Shown in pieces: positions 51,101 to 62,880 of a stretch of 64,000 nucleotides of DNA (its first letter is position 1; each line of letters starts with the position of its first letter). The notes under the pieces are model-generated. The model was not told where the DNA came from. It worked only from the letters and a program-made list of their open reading frames with translations, and made no database searches. This DNA is from Lytechinus pictus (Eukaryota): positions 682,001-746,000 of the forward strand of contig NC_087246.1 in NCBI RefSeq assembly GCF_037042905.1, written 5' to 3'. The position numbers and the translations under genes were made by a program.

Positions 51101-52455
51101 TCTGCTGGAACAGATTCAGGAGCACGCACTGACAAATCTGGCTGAGAAACAGGTTCAGACTGTTCTACATTGACTGGTAAAGACACAAGACTGTCTTTTT
51201 CTGAAGGAACAGTAGTTTGAATGGAAGAGGAAACAGGGGCTCCTTCCACCAAGGGAGCTGATGAATGAACAAGATTTAGTCTGTCTGATGACACCGGTGT
51301 TGGAACAATCCTTTCTGTGTCCAACCTTCCATAATTCATAGCAATTATTTCATGCACAGCCTTCGAGCTTGTTCCCTCATGTGGCATTACATCCATCTTA
51401 TGAAGATTGGCCATGGCTGACTCTTTCCGTGGTAAATAACTATGTGATAATGAAGTCTCTGGTTTTTGCTCACTATGATGAACCACACTGTTCTGCACAC
51501 TAACATCACTTGGAGTGTTTGTCTCCTGAATTTTTCCTATAGCTGGTAAAGTCTTTTCCTTTTGTACATTGCAATTGGAAACAACATTAGTCAAAGAGCT
51601 GGGATCATTATCAATTTCCATTTTATCAGTTTTGTTGGCCACAGGAATTTCAGGAGTTGTTCTCTGTGCATCACTAGTTGTATCAGCATCTTTCTTGTTT
51701 TCAGGACCAATTCCTGGTTCAGTTGTCAACAGTCTTTCCTTTTCCACATCTGATATTGGGAGTTCATTAGTCTTTAAATTACTGCTGACGATATCATTTG
51801 CTGGACGTACTTCTTCACTCGATAGGGGTTGGTTTGATGAAGCCGCGTCTAAAGACTCTGTGGTTGATCCTGAAAGCTCAACATGTGAAGAAAGAGCGTT
51901 TTTGCCTTTCAATTCATCTAATTTTGTAGATTCTATGTCTGTATCCCCTGCATCTGTTCTTATGTTCGATTCAACCTTTTCACCTAATGGAACCTTATCA
52001 ATTACCACTAAAGTTTTATCATCAGTGGAGTCCTTTGCAATCACAGGTACTGTACTGCCTCCAGATGTGCTTTCAGAAGGCAATTCACTGACAGTGTCTC
52101 CTTGAGTTTCTTTTACCTTTGAGCCCCCTGCACCATCACTAAGAATACTTGGTTCAACCGTGATGCTTGGACCTGTACCAAGGACCATTCCAGAATCACT
52201 TTTCACTGTTGATGTTTTTTCTAGATTGACATTTGGAGTTGCAACTTGTTCTGTATTTGTTCCACTCGCTTTAGACTTCTCTAACAAATTTGCCTCAGCC
52301 TTCTCTTGTGTGTTTGTCATCACACCAGCTTCTTTCTTATGTTCTATGTCACCTACATCAGAAGTGCTTTTCTCCTGGGCCATTTCACATTTCATTTCTT
52401 CTTCCTTCTTCTGCTCTTGAGAAAGAGTACCAGGGGACTTCACTGCTTCAGACAT
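48144..52455 (-). CDS. PAGR1: PAXIP1-associated glutamate-rich protein 1 orthologue, 654 aa, with long N-terminal extension
   Basis: Exons (minus) 52455-51015, 50396-50177, 49384-49299, 48361-48144 (1965 nt in frame); an in-frame TGA lies upstream of the ATG. Motifs in PAGR1 order: DDWDISASDEE, WEPP...LYKKL...ILEL...RRPPS, PTEFDFD, KRVARMDKVLNDIFRHRK. Confidence 0.88.
48430..48860. repeat. Purine-rich (GA) low-complexity tract in the last PAGR1 intron
   Basis: About 430 bp almost entirely G/A on the + strand. Confidence 0.8.
50736..50991. mobile_element. CWG-flanked MITE
   Basis: ctg|ggccccgttttacaa ... ttgtaagacagggcc|cag. Confidence 0.7.
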
Positions 52456-53639
52456 TCTTAGCTGGCTGACAAGTTGAATAATTCACCTGTAATTGTCAAA
52501 AATAAAAGTATCATAGACTACCTGTTAGAGATCAATATAGTGGAATACGATGATTTGAAAAATAGTCTGCATTAATTCATCGTCAAGTAGATATCTTATC
52601 TTTTCTCAGAGATATGACAGAATTCTGGATGTCATAACTTTTCGTCATTAATATTGTCATAATTTTTGTCTCTTCTCAATAGTGCACACAAAAATATATG
52701 GTGTCAAAAAATGCACATAATCCCAATACAAGCAAAAAAAGGTAAAATTTACGACAACGTCTAGCAGTTATAAATTTTGTCATTTCCTTTTGTACCTTAT
52801 TCTGATACCATGCTGATTATATGTCAAACACACAATGACATTATTCATTGTGTGCCTTTTTTTCTGTTACCTAGCGAGGCCTGAAATCTATTTTGGAGGC
52901 TTTAAATCCGACTATAAATCTTGGACTTGTATTTTTTTTCAGTCTTGCCTTTGGAAATATTTAATTAAAAAAAAACAACTGAAAAATCATTCAAGGTGAG
53001 ACACAAACCTGTGTATGCATTTGAGATTACGCTATATATCCTTACATTTGCAGCCATGGCAAATCCCCCCCAAATAAGTGAATTTTGAATAGGAGCTTGG
53101 CTCAGCAGCCTTTGAACACAGTAAAGGAAATGTGGCTGGTCTGGTGAATTTTGATGAATAACAGTACAGGATCAGCCATGTTTTTCTTTGACATGTTCGA
53201 TTGCTGTCACTCTCAGTGCAGCTACAGCTGAGCATACGAGAACTAGACCAAAAGCTTCGGTCTCTGTTATGTTGGTTGTTCCGCTGAACTCCATTGGCTC
53301 CACTCACCAAAATACAGAAACTGAAGTTCTAGCTTGATCTGTACAGGGACTCAATGGCCATATGTTTATGTATTAAGTTTGGATAAAACAGGGAAGTGAA
53401 GTTGCGCGACAGCCGAAGTAAGTCACTGTTTTTTCCCCATTTAAGTTTATTTTTCCCCGTTTTGGTGCATTTCAGGCCAAAACGGAATAATAATCTTTAT
53501 TTTGGTACAGTTCTTTTTATATATTTTTATGAAATAGACAAAAATTGATGAGCCCCGTCGGGGGGATTTTGCATTGCTAACCCCCTAATGGTGGCTGCAC
53601 GATAGCGAGCCGTCTGTGTATGAGGAGAAATTTAAAAAA

Positions 53640-54000
53640 AACTAGATTTTAATTCATCATGCGAACGAATTAGGTGGTCTGTCGTAGAAAGATAAATACT
53701 AGTAGATAAACAGACATAATTATTTAAACAAATGAGTTGATATTAGATTGAAAGATAAATAGACAGTCAGATAGACATACATATTTAAACAGATACACAT
53801 AAGAAAGATAGATGAATGGATCGATGGATGGAGAGATAAATGATAAGTGGATAGATTAATAGAAGAAAGGTAGATAAATTATAACTTTAAATATAGATAG
53901 ATAGATATAGAAGTATACAGATAAATACGTATTAGATAGATAGACAGATAGACATTAGATAGATAGATAGATAAATAGATAGATAGATAACGATTGATGA
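53640..54000 (-). mobile_element. Truncated HINE copy (terminus plus GATA microsatellite)
   Basis: Near-duplicate of 55289-55700: aactagattttaattc...taggtggtctgtcgtagaaagataaatact...(GATA)n. Confidence 0.75.
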
Positions 54001-56953
54001 CAAAAATTAGGATGATGATGAGGATGATTATAATAATAATTGATGACAAATAAGATGATGATAAGGGTGATTATGATATGATATTTTCACCACAGATGGA
54101 CACAGAGGCAAAAAAATCAAATTTATATTCATGTCAAATGCTTTATGTTTTTTGATAATACAAGACCTGAAGTTTCTGGGACAATTTTTTTTCTGACTCT
54201 GGCAGCCATTTTTTATTTTAAAATGGCCGCCAATGTATGGATACAAATTAGTGTTGAAAATGGTATATTCATACATATTTTGTTTTGACAGATTTTTAAA
54301 GAACAGGTTTGATCATGTTTTCCCCTGTGATTTAGCTTGCTATTATAACACTTTATGAAATCCCATAGAAAGAAACACCAGTAATTCATTTATCTGATAA
54401 AAAATATTAATGAAGTTTGTGGTATGGTATGTAACGTCAGTTACCAAAAACATGAACTTTTTTCTCATTTCCCAGAAAAGAGGATATATTATATGAAACT
54501 TGGTAGATTTCCTCATTAGGTAACACCCCTCCCTTCTACACCAAACTTAAAGATAATTAATCAACGATCAAGCCATAGGGTACCATTAAATATGTGTAAC
54601 GTCAGTTACCATGTGGAAAATGTAATATCAATTACCGAAATGTAATGTCAGTTACCAAAATAAAAAGTTGGTTACCAAAAGTGAAATGCAAATGTGGTCA
54701 ATTTTATGGTGAAGAAATATTGTATACTTGTTATTTAAGACTTTCACTTAGTTTAATCACACCAGAAGGAGCTTGCTATTGACTTTTTAAAGGTACAGTT
54801 CACAAGGAATACTATATAAAATTATGAAGGAAGTTGCATTCCCATCGTGCAAAAAAAATCACTGTGAAATTGTTTTGCATATGTACATAGTACTTACCAA
54901 GTACCTAATTGTTTGTATCAGACAAATAAAATATATTCTATTTAGTTTCCGGGAGGGATAGGGTACTTTTCCCAACCTATTGCCTAAATCTGCAACATTT
55001 GATAATCTTAACATTGCAATGAATGGGGGTTTCCAGGGCCCCTTTTTTTAGTTTCTAGGATTATTTTGAGCATTGCCGGGCTAAGAGTAAATTCCTGCTT
55101 TTTATACTGTTAGTAATGCGATACAATTTTTGTTTTTGGTTTACAAGTATAGATGAAAAGTGAAATTTGACAGTTCTGATCAATGTTGCATGGATCTACT
55201 AAAACTGTGTCTTTTTTTTCTAATCTAAAAATAGTTAAGTTTTAGTTTAGAAGCTGGAGTTTATTTTTTGTTGACAGCTTTAAAAAGAAACTAGATTTTA
55301 ATTCGTCATACGGACGAATTAGGTGGTCTGTCGTAGAAAGATAAATACTAATAGATAAACAGACATAATTATTTAAACAAATGAGTAGATATAAGATTGA
55401 AAAATGAATAGACAGTCAGATAGACATACATATTTAAACAGATACACATAGGAAAGATAGATAAATAGATAGATGGATAGATAAATGATAAGTGGATGGA
55501 TGAATAGAAGAAAGGTAGATAAATTATATCTTGATATATAGATAGACAGATAGATCGATAGATAGATATAGAGATATATATATAAACATATAAATACGTA
55601 TTGATAGACAGATAGACATTAGATAGTATAGATGGATTGGATGATATATGAAATATAGGTGGATAGATTGATAGAAGATAGATAGATAAACATACATAAT
55701 AATTGAAACTTATAAATATATATTTGATTGAAAGATAAATGGATTGATAGACAGTCATGTCCCATAGAGATAACACGCAAAATGAGTAAAAATGACATGC
55801 AGAATTATTATTTGCAATTTTTCAGGATGATCCGTTTATCAAAATGAAAAAAAAAGGCAATAACTCAGAAAGAGTCAGTAAGACCTAAGCTACAACCTAT
55901 TAGAAATTGGGCGAAAATTGATCAATATTCACGGAGTTAGAGCCAAATTTGCATAATTATTATGACGTCATAACACACGAAATGGATATTTTGACTTCCG
56001 ACGCCATTTTGATGACGTCATAATATACGTTAGGGTCCAATGAGACATGAAATCATATGTATGATTCATACTCTATAGAAATATGAAAAAAGAATAAGGG
56101 GTCCCTGTTCGTTCTGAAGTGCTACAGTGAATTTTTAATAGGCATGTTTTTGCATATTTAGAGCCTATGGAAAGAGCTCGCGCGCACGCGTGCTGCAAAG
56201 TTTAATGGGTGCTCATTCCCTCATTAATGATCGTAGAGATCTGATCGAGGTATCAATTTGATCAGAATTATATAATTAATAGATACACATAGAAAATACA
56301 GCGGATTTTTGCTGCGTAACGCTGTTACTGACGAAAACGCACGCACATATGTGCGCGCGCGCAAAATGTTGAAATGCCTTAAATAACCTGAAACCCAAAA
56401 TAAATAATAAACCATTTTGAGCATTTTTAAATTTGACGCGCACGTACGCGCGCGTCATGACTTTTGATGACTTTGACATTTGATCTAGTTTATTTGATGT
56501 AAATATGACTGATTATTGATTATCCGTTATGTAGATATGATGAAATAAAGAATTTTACAAAATGGCGCCTAGATGACATTATCATAACTTGATGACCTTG
56601 AAAAGCTGGGTACCGTATGGGCACTAGTATTCAACCCGGCATAATTCAAAGATTTGGACAAATTCCCCCAAATATTTAGAAATAGGGAATTTATCTTAAT
56701 TTCATACCTTTGTAATTTCCAGGGTAATCTGTTGTCGGTATTTTCCTTATCAATCTGTCGACTGTATGCGCGGAGGATCGAATTATACGGCGATGACCTT
56801 TTGCACTGAATTGCACTAGTATTCAACCTAGTGATGAGAGCTAGCGAATCTCAAAATGGTTTAGATTGCTATTAAATTAGATCTAGATCTATGAAAGTCT
56901 CTGGCTTTGATCAATTCCCTGTTTGGTCTCATCTCAAATGGTCTAGTCCATAG

Positions 56954-58741
56954 CAGGCGCGTAGCCAGGGGGGGCGGTCGCTCCCCAAAAAAACGTCCCC
57001 AAAAAGAAAAAAAATGGGGAAAAAGAGAGGAAAAAGGAAAAGCGAAGGAAGGAAAGGGAAGAAAGGTAGCTTTGTGGGTTTTTCTTTTTATTCTTTTTTT
57101 TTTCTAAAAAAAGAAACTCCTTCACTCTTGCTCTAAATTTATAATATATGAATTTTGCTTCCGCGCTGCGCGGGGTTAAATGACAATATTGCAGTTCTCC
57201 TTTGTTTTCCTCACCCTTTCTCTAATCCCGTTTTTCCACCTCAGCTATGTGTGTTTCTTGCCAGTCAAAGTTCAAATATATACATTAGGGCATGAAATTA
57301 GAGTAAGGATAGGCCGAAGTATATGAAGTTATCTTTTTTTTTTAATGGATCGCGCACCTTCTGGTCGGCTCGGCTCCGGGCGGGTAAAATCTTTATATCA
57401 ATTTCTGCCGTCACCTCTATATAGGCAACTTCTCCCGCTTTTCAGCTCATTACTAAACAACCATAATTTGGGGTCAAACAGGTTCCTAATTTAAAAATTT
57501 GTGTCGTATTAAATAAAAAAAAGTACAATATTTTTTTTCAAATTCTACTACACTTCATGTCATTTCCCTGCACATTCATCTTCTGTCCTGTTTTGCGCCC
57601 TCAGTTTGAAATTTTTTACACTTAAGTTTCTTTATCATTCAAAATGAAGCGCTTCAGGATAAGTCAAAGAAATTATACATCATCCTGTTTTATATAATAA
57701 TTTCAATAAATCACAGAAGTTTCAACTTTTTGCGCACTATTTTCCTTGTAAATCTTATTTAAAAAAATTGAATTAGAGCCGATGGTGGTATTAGATATAT
57801 CTGCATTTGATGAAACGTACGCCCTTTGAAATTTCAGAGTTTCATTGCTCTGCACGGGGAGGAATATCTTCCTCCCGGCATATACTGTATCCTTCTTCTC
57901 CTCTGTTTTGCGAGTTAAAGAGAAATTCCAGTAGTTGCAGTAAACACTGATTTCATGAGAAAGTCTGTAAAACCAGGCTTAATTGTCAGTATATCATCGA
58001 GGATCTAGATCTGGTACAGTTACATAAACTGAACTTTGTGAAATCTTGAAATCTACGCTGAAAAATGTTCAGACTGAACTTCCCCAACACAGATAAGCGC
58101 ACGTGGGACAGTGTATAATTATTGCTTTGAGCGTCGGGCCCGACGCTCTACCCGAATCCTGTGCTTATTTGCTGATTTCTCAGCAATTACACAATTTCTT
58201 CCAGAATCCTTTGGAACATGCGTTTTATTTATACAAACAGACACTTTGGTGGTGATTTCATTGGATTCTGTACGAACTCATTTTGATATCGTTACCAAAA
58301 CTAGCATTTACCTTTAAGATATGCACTGTCGCTAAATTGTTTGTAATCAAATCTGATCTTTCCAAGGGAAGTATTCAATATAACTAAGAGGATACCCTTT
58401 TCTCGGGACCCTTTTCTTTGCAAAAAAAAAAATAAAACGCTTTAGCTTCCGCGCTTCGCGCGGGGTAATATTATTTTAACTTCCTTCATTTTATCCCTTT
58501 TTTGTGCGTTCACAATCACTTTTGAAAACAAGGTTCAAAATCACAATATAGTCACCTGAATTGGGGCTGATATAGGTACTAGAGAGATGGCTCCTTTTCA
58601 TTTTAATTTATGAAACACTGAAAGCTTCGCGCGGGAGGGGGAAACTCCCCCTCCCTGCACCCACCCCTAGCGCGCTCTGTGTTGGCACGCTTTGCGTTCC
58701 TTTACGGCCCCCTCCAAAACGAAATCCTGGCTACGTGGTTG
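56954..58741. mobile_element. 1.8-kb hAT-like non-autonomous element, nested
   Basis: TIR caggcgcgtagccagg / cctggctacgtggttg; TSD GTCCATAG at 56946-56953 and 58742-58749. Confidence 0.88.
57919..58313. mobile_element. Kolobok-like MITE (TTAA TSD), innermost of the nest
   Basis: TTAA|agagaaattccagt ... actagcatttacct|TTAA (imperfect TIR). Confidence 0.7.
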
Positions 58742-59289
58742 GTCCATAGTCGGATGGTACAAGGGCAGATTGAGAGACAGGACCATCTTTCATCGCTAGG
58801 TTGAATACTAGTGCCGACGGGTTGAATACTAGTGCCAAAAACCATCGCCATATAATTTGATCGCCCGCGCACACAATCGACGGGTTGAAGAAAAAATTAA
58901 CGGAAAAAGAATAACCAACATTTGCTCTTGGAAATAAGACGGGTCTGAAATTCAGGTAATTTCTATTTTTCTTTATATTTGAGGAAACTCTCCAAAAGCC
59001 AAACGGGTTGAATACTAGCGCTCTTACGGTATGCTGTCTCTATACTAGTCTATGATAGACTTTATATATGACAAAAATTGAGCAAAATTGATGTAGGCCT
59101 AGTCAATTCGGAGAAAAGTTGGCGACAAACATAGGTGCGAAAAATTAATAAATAAATAATAAAGAAAATTCTGACAAACTTAAGAATAAGAGGTGATCTG
59201 TCAAAGACAGACCACCTTATAACTAACATGTATAAAAATGTTTAAAAACTCCTCGAAACAGACGGCTGCCAACTGTCTAACAAGAACGT

Positions 59290-59965
59290 GCCAGCCAATC
59301 GGATGGCGCGTCCCTACGCTCAGCTAGCTGTAGCTGACGCGAAGAATTTTAGTGAAATGAAAAAATCATGATTTAGGTTGATATGCTCACAGTCACAGAA
59401 AATATAAATCCCCCCCCCTTGAATTTCTAAGAAGACTAAGTAATATCTTTTCGGTCTTACCATTTAAAACAAAATTGTGACTGTGTCTGTATCGTCTCTA
59501 ACGTTAGTTGCGATCTGGGCTTTCTGGCTGGCTATCTATGTCATGATGATCTCACATCTCACATCTAACAATAACATTAACATGTCGACGTATAAACGTT
59601 GTGTTTCAGCATGGATATGATGGAGGCCAAATTGCAAACGTTAGATCAAAGCAAGGAGATCCAAGTACAGCTACAGGAGACCAACTACTCAGCTCGACTC
59701 ACTGCTGACCTGCAACCTCGAGAGGACCGATCGATTATGAAAGAGTGTGATACACCTCCTGTACAATTCGAATTACTATATCACAATGTCGTAATTTTCA
59801 AACTGGATACATGTGCAAAAGAATTACATACCGGTATGCATGAGATGGCAATAGTTTGGCGGCAATAACAACACCGACAACACATGCTGCGCATGCGCAA
59901 TGCATGCTTACCGCGTGAATTTGAACTGTAGTGTAGTGTAGAACAGCCCGAGGACAAGGTGAGAA
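59290..59965. promoter_or_regulatory. Candidate (possibly bidirectional) promoter with a perfect NRF1-type site
   Basis: TGCGCATGCGCA at 59888-59899; CCAAT and GATGGCG near 59295-59308; CpG enrichment; + strand donor aag|GTGAGA at 59959; - strand donor atg|GTAAGA at 59460. Confidence 0.5.
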
Positions 59966-60382
59966 ATCGTTTGATATGCTAGCTTTTAAACATTATACCA
60001 ATTTATCATTGCTATATACCCTAGGTAGATTTATTTCTACGTTATTTCGTTTTAGAGATCGTCTTGTCATTGACAGAACATCGATCGTTGCTTTCCTTTG
60101 CAGCTTTTTTTAACGTTAGTTGACTTCGCCGCGCTAAAGCTGAAGTTAGCGTGTGACCCTGTCTTTGGTCTCGCCCCCGGCCGGCCGGGGACCTCGTAAC
60201 TTTGTGCTCGGGCTGAGCTGCGTTTCCGCAGTAATCTCTGGTCATCATGCAATATGCATGGACCGATTGCACGAAAGGTTCTTTGAACTTCTTTCCAAGG
60301 ACCATTGTGTCACCCATATTTTATGATGCATCATCATCATCACTGGTACACAGCAACAGAACGAAAGTTCCATATCACAGAC

Positions 60383-60489
60383 TACCTCGAGCGATGTTCG
60401 TGCAGGCTTCACTACCACTACACTCTACAGCGTAGTCTGCGTAGTGTAGCGGTAGTGGAGTGGAGCCTGCACGAACATCGCTTGAGGTA
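60383..60489. mobile_element. 107-bp hairpin derivative of the 18813 MITE family, 9-bp TSD
   Basis: TIR tacctc.agcgatgttcgtgcaggct; TSD ATCACAGAC at 60374-60382 and 60490-60498. Confidence 0.9.
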
Positions 60490-60954
60490 ATCACAGACAT
60501 GGTCATTAAACTCTAACGTTAATTTAATTGGAAATATATCTACTTTGACTTCGTACTTTCATACAAATTTAGATGCATGCATGAGAAGGGCCGGGGGGGG
60601 GGGGGGGTTGCTCTAACTCTAATGTTATCATGTCATGTATGTAATAATCTGCACAACTAACAATTTATTATTTTATTAATCATGTTTTTTTTTCACAAAA
60701 AAATTCAGTTGATAATATCTTCCCTGTATTAACATTTAATTAAGTGTGTCAAAATTAAAATCTCATAAAAATTTGAGGAAAAGACTAATGTTAGAATAGA
60801 CCCTATACCGTACATATATGATTTTTTTTTTAAAAAACCTTGGCCAGTTATTTTCCAACTGGACAAAAAGATGGTGCCCCATGTCTGCACACCCACTCAC
60901 TTTGCACATGATTCACTTAACACGATTTGAAGTGTACTGTGGCTACATGTATAT

Positions 60955-61083
60955 TAGACAGGAATAACCGTCGTTTCTGGGGATTTACTTAACAATTCTG
61001 ACATTTCACCATAATCCCCATTCAGTGGAGCCAACGTAGATCAGCGGAACAACCAAAATACAGAGACTGAAGCTTTTGGTCTA
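60955..61083. mobile_element. TAGAC-terminated element with 9-bp TSD (inverted copy of 17184-17303)
   Basis: TSD CATGTATAT at 60946-60954 and 61084-61092. Confidence 0.85.
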
Positions 61084-61260
61084 CATGTATATCATTATCA
61101 GATGTGAAAAAAATGAGGAGAGAAAAATATCTTAAATGCTTCTTTCTTGCAGAGCCTGCATTCAACTGTTGTGGTCTTCTTTATTTGTTCAATTGTAAAT
61201 AATTATTATCATAAATTTTTCATAATAATTATTTATGATCAATTTTTAAATTTTATTTAA

Positions 61261-61843
61261 AGGAGAATGAAACTCTTGGAGCAAGTTAGCTTTTGTGAAA
61301 GCAGAAAAATCAAAAAATAAGATCAACAAAAGTTTGAGTAAAATAGGACTAGCAATAAAAGAGTTATGAGCATTTGAATGTCGAGATCACTAATGCTATG
61401 GAGATCCTCCCATTGGCAATGCGACCAAGATCTGTGATGTCACACACGTACAACTCTCCCATTTGGACACTGAAAATATACCCCAAAACATTTCTTTTTG
61501 CTCATTCTAATCATATGACAAACGATTCATCAATGATATAATGTTGTGAAACCTCTGTACTTGTCATCTCATAAAGAGAACACCTCACCTTGTGATAGAC
61601 TCTATAAAAGTGAGAATATAAGTGAACTAAGTACTAAAGTAATGAGGGAGTTGTACGTGTGTGATATCACAGATCTTGGTCGCATTGCCGATGGGAGGAT
61701 CTACATGGCACTAGTGATCTCAATATTCAAATGCTCATAACTTTCATATTATTCATTCAATCTTCCTCAAACTTTCAACAATGTGTTCCTTTGATTTTTC
61801 TCTTTGATATGGATTCAGCTGGTTTCAAGGGTTTCATTCTCCT
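61261..61843. mobile_element. Kolobok-like foldback MITE (TTAA TSD)
   Basis: TTAA|aggagaatgaaac ... gtttcattctcct|TTAA, with ~200-bp inverted arms. Confidence 0.88.
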
Positions 61844-62007
61844 TTAATAAAAAACATTTTTAATCTATAAATTTTTCTTCAAAACGGCACTTCGTAATGC
61901 CGCTACGTACGTGTACGTCATATCAAAGCTGGTTCAATGGTCAAGCCTATTGTATTGCAGTGTTTACATTGATACATGACATCGGTCTGGTAAGAAAACT
62001 CATTTTT

Positions 62008-62880
62008 GTCTCACCTGCATAGCAGAGTGAGACTAGGCGCCGCTTTTCCGACGGCGGCGTCAACACCAAATCTTAACCGAAGGTTAAGTTTTGAAATGAC
62101 AGCATAACTTAGAAAGTATATGGACCTAGTTCATGAAACTTAGCCATAAGGTAAATCAAGTATTACTAAACATCCTGCCTGAGTTTTAGGTCACATGACC
62201 AAGGTCAAAGGTCATTTAGGGTCAATGAAATTTGGCCAAATTGGGGGTATCTGTTGAATTACCAACATAACTTTGAAAGTTTATGGCTCTGATTCATGAA
62301 ACGTGGACATAAGAGTAATCGAGTATTACTAAACATCCTGTGCAAGTTTCAGGTCACATGATTAAGGTCAAAGGTCATTTTGGGTCAATGAACTTTGGCC
62401 AAATTGGGGGCATTTGTTGAATTACCAACATAACTTTGAAAGTTTATTGGTCTAGTTCATAAAACTTGGACATAAGAGTAATCAAGTATCACTGAACATC
62501 CTGTGCACATTTCAGGTCACATGACCAAGGTCAAAGGTCAATGAACTTTTTCCGTAATGGGGGTATCTGTTGAATTGCCATCATAACTTCGATAGTTTAT
62601 GGATCTGATTCATGAAACTTGGACATAAGAGTAACCAAGACAAGTATCACTGAACATCTTGTTCATAGTTTATAGTGTATAAAATGTGGATATAGGGGTA
62701 ATCAAGTATCACTGACAAGTTTTAGGTCACATGATCAAGGTCAAATGTCAATGAACGTAGTATCATTATATGAATGGTATTTTTTGTGAATAATTATTTT
62801 ATAGTAGTTTTCAAAGTCAGCGCTGCTGCTATATTGAATCGCGTAATGCAGGTGAGTCCACCAGAGTCATTCCACTTGTT
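62008..62880 (-). mobile_element. HINE family copy (inverted relative to 30098-31994) with intact terminal hairpin
   Basis: gtctcacctgcatagcagagtgagac hairpin; 3-4 ggtcacatgaccaaggtcaaaggtca units; ends atgcaggtgag...cattccacttgtt. Confidence 0.85.

Larger units (their letters stand above)
56613..59029. mobile_element. Tc1/mariner (pogo/Tigger-like) MITE, nested
   Basis: TA|ccgtatgggcactagtattcaacccg ... cgggttgaatactagcgctcttacgg|TA; gcactagtattcaacc motif repeated internally. Confidence 0.85.
55289..59223 (-). mobile_element. HINE/DINE-1-like element hosting three nested MITEs
   Basis: CTAG end, stem-loop aattcgtc-atacg-gacgaatt, subterminal IR aggtggtctgtc (55321) / gacagaccacct (about 59206), terminal palindrome aggtgatctgtcaaagacagaccacct, (GATA)n. 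Confidence 0.75.

Noticed and set aside
51562..52420. + strand ORFs up to 178 aa
   Set aside because: Antisense shadows of the large PAGR1 exon; no splice or domain support
55369..55776. 135-aa hydrophobic ORF
   Set aside because: Translation of a degenerate (TCTA)n microsatellite
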